From NCBI GenBank assembly GCA_963828165.1, contig CAWHDR010000001.1, positions 704,001 to 768,000 of the forward strand: 64,000 bases of DNA, read 5' to 3'. The position numbers and the translations under genes are program-made. Positions 61,749-64,000 of the stretch are shown piece by piece (the stretch's first letter is position 1; each line of letters opens with the position of its first letter). This DNA is from an uncultured Chloroflexia bacterium (GTDB taxonomy: Bacteria; Chloroflexota; Limnocylindria; Limnocylindrales; CSP1-4). The notes under the pieces are model-generated. The model did not search any database and was not told the DNA's origin. It saw nothing but the letters and a program-made list of their open reading frames with translations.

Positions 61749-63023
61749 ATGCGTCGACCCGACTACGACCGCCGCGTCGTCGTCACCGGTCTGGGGGTCA
61801 TCAGCCCCGTCGGCAACGACAAAGACACCGCCTGGTCCAACCTCGTCAGCGGGGTCTCGGGCCTGAAGCCCATCACCTACTTCGACACGACGCCGTACGA
61901 GGCCAAGGTCGCGGGCGAGGTCCTCGGTTTCTCGGCCGGCGATTGGATGGATCCCAAGGCCGCCCGCCGGAGCGAGTCGAGCATGCACTTCGGCGTGGCC
62001 GCGGCGAAACAGGCGCTCTCCGACTCCGGGTTCGAGCTGACCGAGGAGAACCGCACCGAGGTCGGCGTGGTGTTCGGGTCCGGCGCCGGCGGCCAGCAGC
62101 TCATGATCGACAACTACGTCACGCTCCATGACCGCGGCAACCGCACCGTCGCCCCGACGTTCATCGCCAACGCACTCGTCGACAGCTGCTCAGGGATGAT
62201 CGCGATCGAGACGGGCGCCATCGGGCACAACGTCTGCATGGTGTCGGCCTGCGCGACCGGTACGCACAACGTTGGCGAGGCCGCCGAGGCGATCCGCCGC
62301 GGCGACTGCATCGCCGTCATCAGCGGATCCACCGAGGCGCCGCTCCTCGAGGTCGCTCATGCGGGCTTCTCGAACATGCGCGGCATGGGCCTGCCCCGTC
62401 CGGGCGAACCGCTGGAGACCGTCTCGCGGCCGTTCGATGCGACCCGCGATGGGTTCGTGCTGGGCGAGGGCGCAGGGTCACTGTTCCTCGAGGATCTCGA
62501 GATGGCGAAGGCGCGCGGAGCGCACATCTACGCCGAGGTCGTGGGATACGGCTCGGCCGCCGACGGCTGGGACATGGTCCAGCCGATCGATGCCGGCGTG
62601 GGTTCGGCGCGGGCGATGCAGATGGCCCTCGAACGCCGCGGCGTCCCGGCCGACGAGGTCGACCTGATCAACCCGCACGGGACGTCCACGCCTCTCGGGG
62701 ACAAGCGCGAGGCCGAAGCGCTCCACACCGTCTTCGGGCCGCGCGCCGCGCGCGACGCACGCTCGCTGGCGATCAGCGCGACGAAGTCGATGACCGGGCA
62801 CATGATGGGCGCCGCCGGGGCGTTCGAGGCCTTCGCGACGGTCATGTCGGTCGCCGAGCAATGCGTCCCGGGGACCCTGAACTTCCGCGATGTGGACCCG
62901 GACTGCGACCTGTGGGTCGAGGCGGAGACCCACTCGTTCCCGATCCGCAACGCCCTTTCCAACAACATCGGGCTCGGCGGCCACAACGGCGCCGTCATCT
63001 TCGGGCGCTACGACGGGGACTGA
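61749..63023 (+). CDS. fabF: Beta-ketoacyl-ACP synthase II
   Basis: VVVTGLG, SACATG, RDGFVLGEGAG, HGTST, KSMTGH, GGHN; AGGAGG RBS. Confidence 0.92.
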   Translation: MRRPDYDRRVVVTGLGVISPVGNDKDTAWSNLVSGVSGLKPITYFDTTPYEAKVAGEVLGFSAGDWMDPKAARRSESSMHFGVAAAKQALSDSGFELTEENRTEVGVVFGSGAGGQQLMIDNYVTLHDRGNRTVAPTFIANALVDSCSGMIAIETGAIGHNVCMVSACATGTHNVGEAAEAIRRGDCIAVISGSTEAPLLEVAHAGFSNMRGMGLPRPGEPLETVSRPFDATRDGFVLGEGAGSLFLEDLEMAKARGAHIYAEVVGYGSAADGWDMVQPIDAGVGSARAMQMALERRGVPADEVDLINPHGTSTPLGDKREAEALHTVFGPRAARDARSLAISATKSMTGHMMGAAGAFEAFATVMSVAEQCVPGTLNFRDVDPDCDLWVEAETHSFPIRNALSNNIGLGGHNGAVIFGRYDGD

Positions 63024-63106
63024 CGGATCGTCCGCCCGTCAGCCCGTTCGCTCCGCGGCGGAACCCAGTCACTACAATCGGGCCTGAAGCCCACCTGAGG
63101 TAACCC

Positions 63107-64000
63107 GTGCCCGAACAGGATCCCGCCCGGCGGGCGGTCATCACCGGCCTCGGCGCGGTCATGCCGATCGGCAACGACTTCCCGACCTACTGGTCGAATC
63201 TCGTCGCCGGCGTGACCGGGACCCGAACCATCCAGAGCTTCGATCCGTCCGCCCACGAGGTGCGGATCGCAGCGGAGGTCCTGGATTTCGATCCGCGCGA
63301 CCACATGGACCCCAAGATGGCGCGTCGCATGAGCCGCTTCATCCACCTCGCGATGGCGGCAGGCAAGGAGGCGGTCACCGATTCGGGGATCGACTTCGAG
63401 GCGATGACCCCCGAGCAGCGTGACCGGGTCGGCGTCGTCGTCAACACCGGCGGCGGCGGCATCGAGCAGATCATCGACGGGACGCATGTCCACGACAGCC
63501 GCGGTCCGCGGTTCGTGTCGCCGTTCGCCGTGCCGGCCCTGTCGGGCTCGATGGGTGCGTGCATGCTCTCCATGGAGTACCGCTTGACCGGCCCGGTCAT
63601 CACCCAGGTGGCGGCCTGCGCCACGTCCGTGATCGCCTTCCACGACGCGTTGCGGCTGATTCGCGACGACGAGTGCGATGTGGTCGTGACCGGCGGCACC
63701 GAGGCGCCCATCTGGCCGATGGGCGTGGCCGCGCTGGCCAACATGACGGCGCTGTCCAAGCGCAACGACTCCCCGGAGACCGCGTCCCGACCGTTCGATG
63801 GGACACGCGATGGTTTCGTCCTGGGCGAGGGCGCCGGTGTGGTCATCGTCGAGTCACTGGCCCACGCTCGGGCCCGTGGCGCGACGCCGATCGCGGAGAT
63901 CCTGGGCGGTGCCTTGACCGCCGATGGGTTCCACATCAGCGCACCCGAACCCACCGGGCGGGGGCAGGCCCGAGCGATGACCAACGCCTTGCGCAACAGC
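63107..64000 (+). CDS. fabF: Second beta-ketoacyl-ACP synthase II, runs off the window end
   Basis: Manual translation VPEQDPARRAVITGLGAVMPIGN...AACATS...RDGFVLGEGAG; GAGG RBS and a TACAAT upstream. Confidence 0.9.
   Translation, partial: MPEQDPARRAVITGLGAVMPIGNDFPTYWSNLVAGVTGTRTIQSFDPSAHEVRIAAEVLDFDPRDHMDPKMARRMSRFIHLAMAAGKEAVTDSGIDFEAMTPEQRDRVGVVVNTGGGGIEQIIDGTHVHDSRGPRFVSPFAVPALSGSMGACMLSMEYRLTGPVITQVAACATSVIAFHDALRLIRDDECDVVVTGGTEAPIWPMGVAALANMTALSKRNDSPETASRPFDGTRDGFVLGEGAGVVIVESLAHARARGATPIAEILGGALTADGFHISAPEPTGRGQARAMTNALRNS

Overview
High-GC bacterial chromosomal window. The gene style suggests a monoderm Chloroflexota- or Actinomycetota-like organism, but this is an inference. From left to right: (1) a surface/exopolysaccharide locus (1-16.7 kb) with three paralogous beta-helix proteins, GT2/GT4/GT87/WecB transferases, a priming sugar transferase, rfbF and a flippase-GNAT fusion; (2) small membrane ORFs and a large secreted GSDH/PKD protein; (3) acyl-CoA catabolic genes, ALDH, PPK2, a DUF853 ATPase, mscL and pheA; (4) a tasA-like/sipW/secreted-protein operon; (5) an ilvBNC-leuA-leuB-cimA operon preceded by a Leu/Ile/Val leader-peptide attenuator; (6) between that operon and the divergent leuCD, a module of membrane sensor-GAF-GGDEF-EAL, DUF5317, a c-di-GMP-I riboswitch and an unannotated 30-aa signal-like peptide; (7) leuCD, a MarP protease, cNMP-domain genes, ilvD, LLM, GNAT, an M20 hydrolase, MarR, fabD and two fabF. 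The best novelty candidate is module 6. DUF5317 carries LspA-like Asp motifs, which suggests a peptide signalling circuit wired to c-di-GMP. Five genes carry single frameshifts, probably assembly errors. No rRNA, tRNA, CRISPR array or transposase was recognised.
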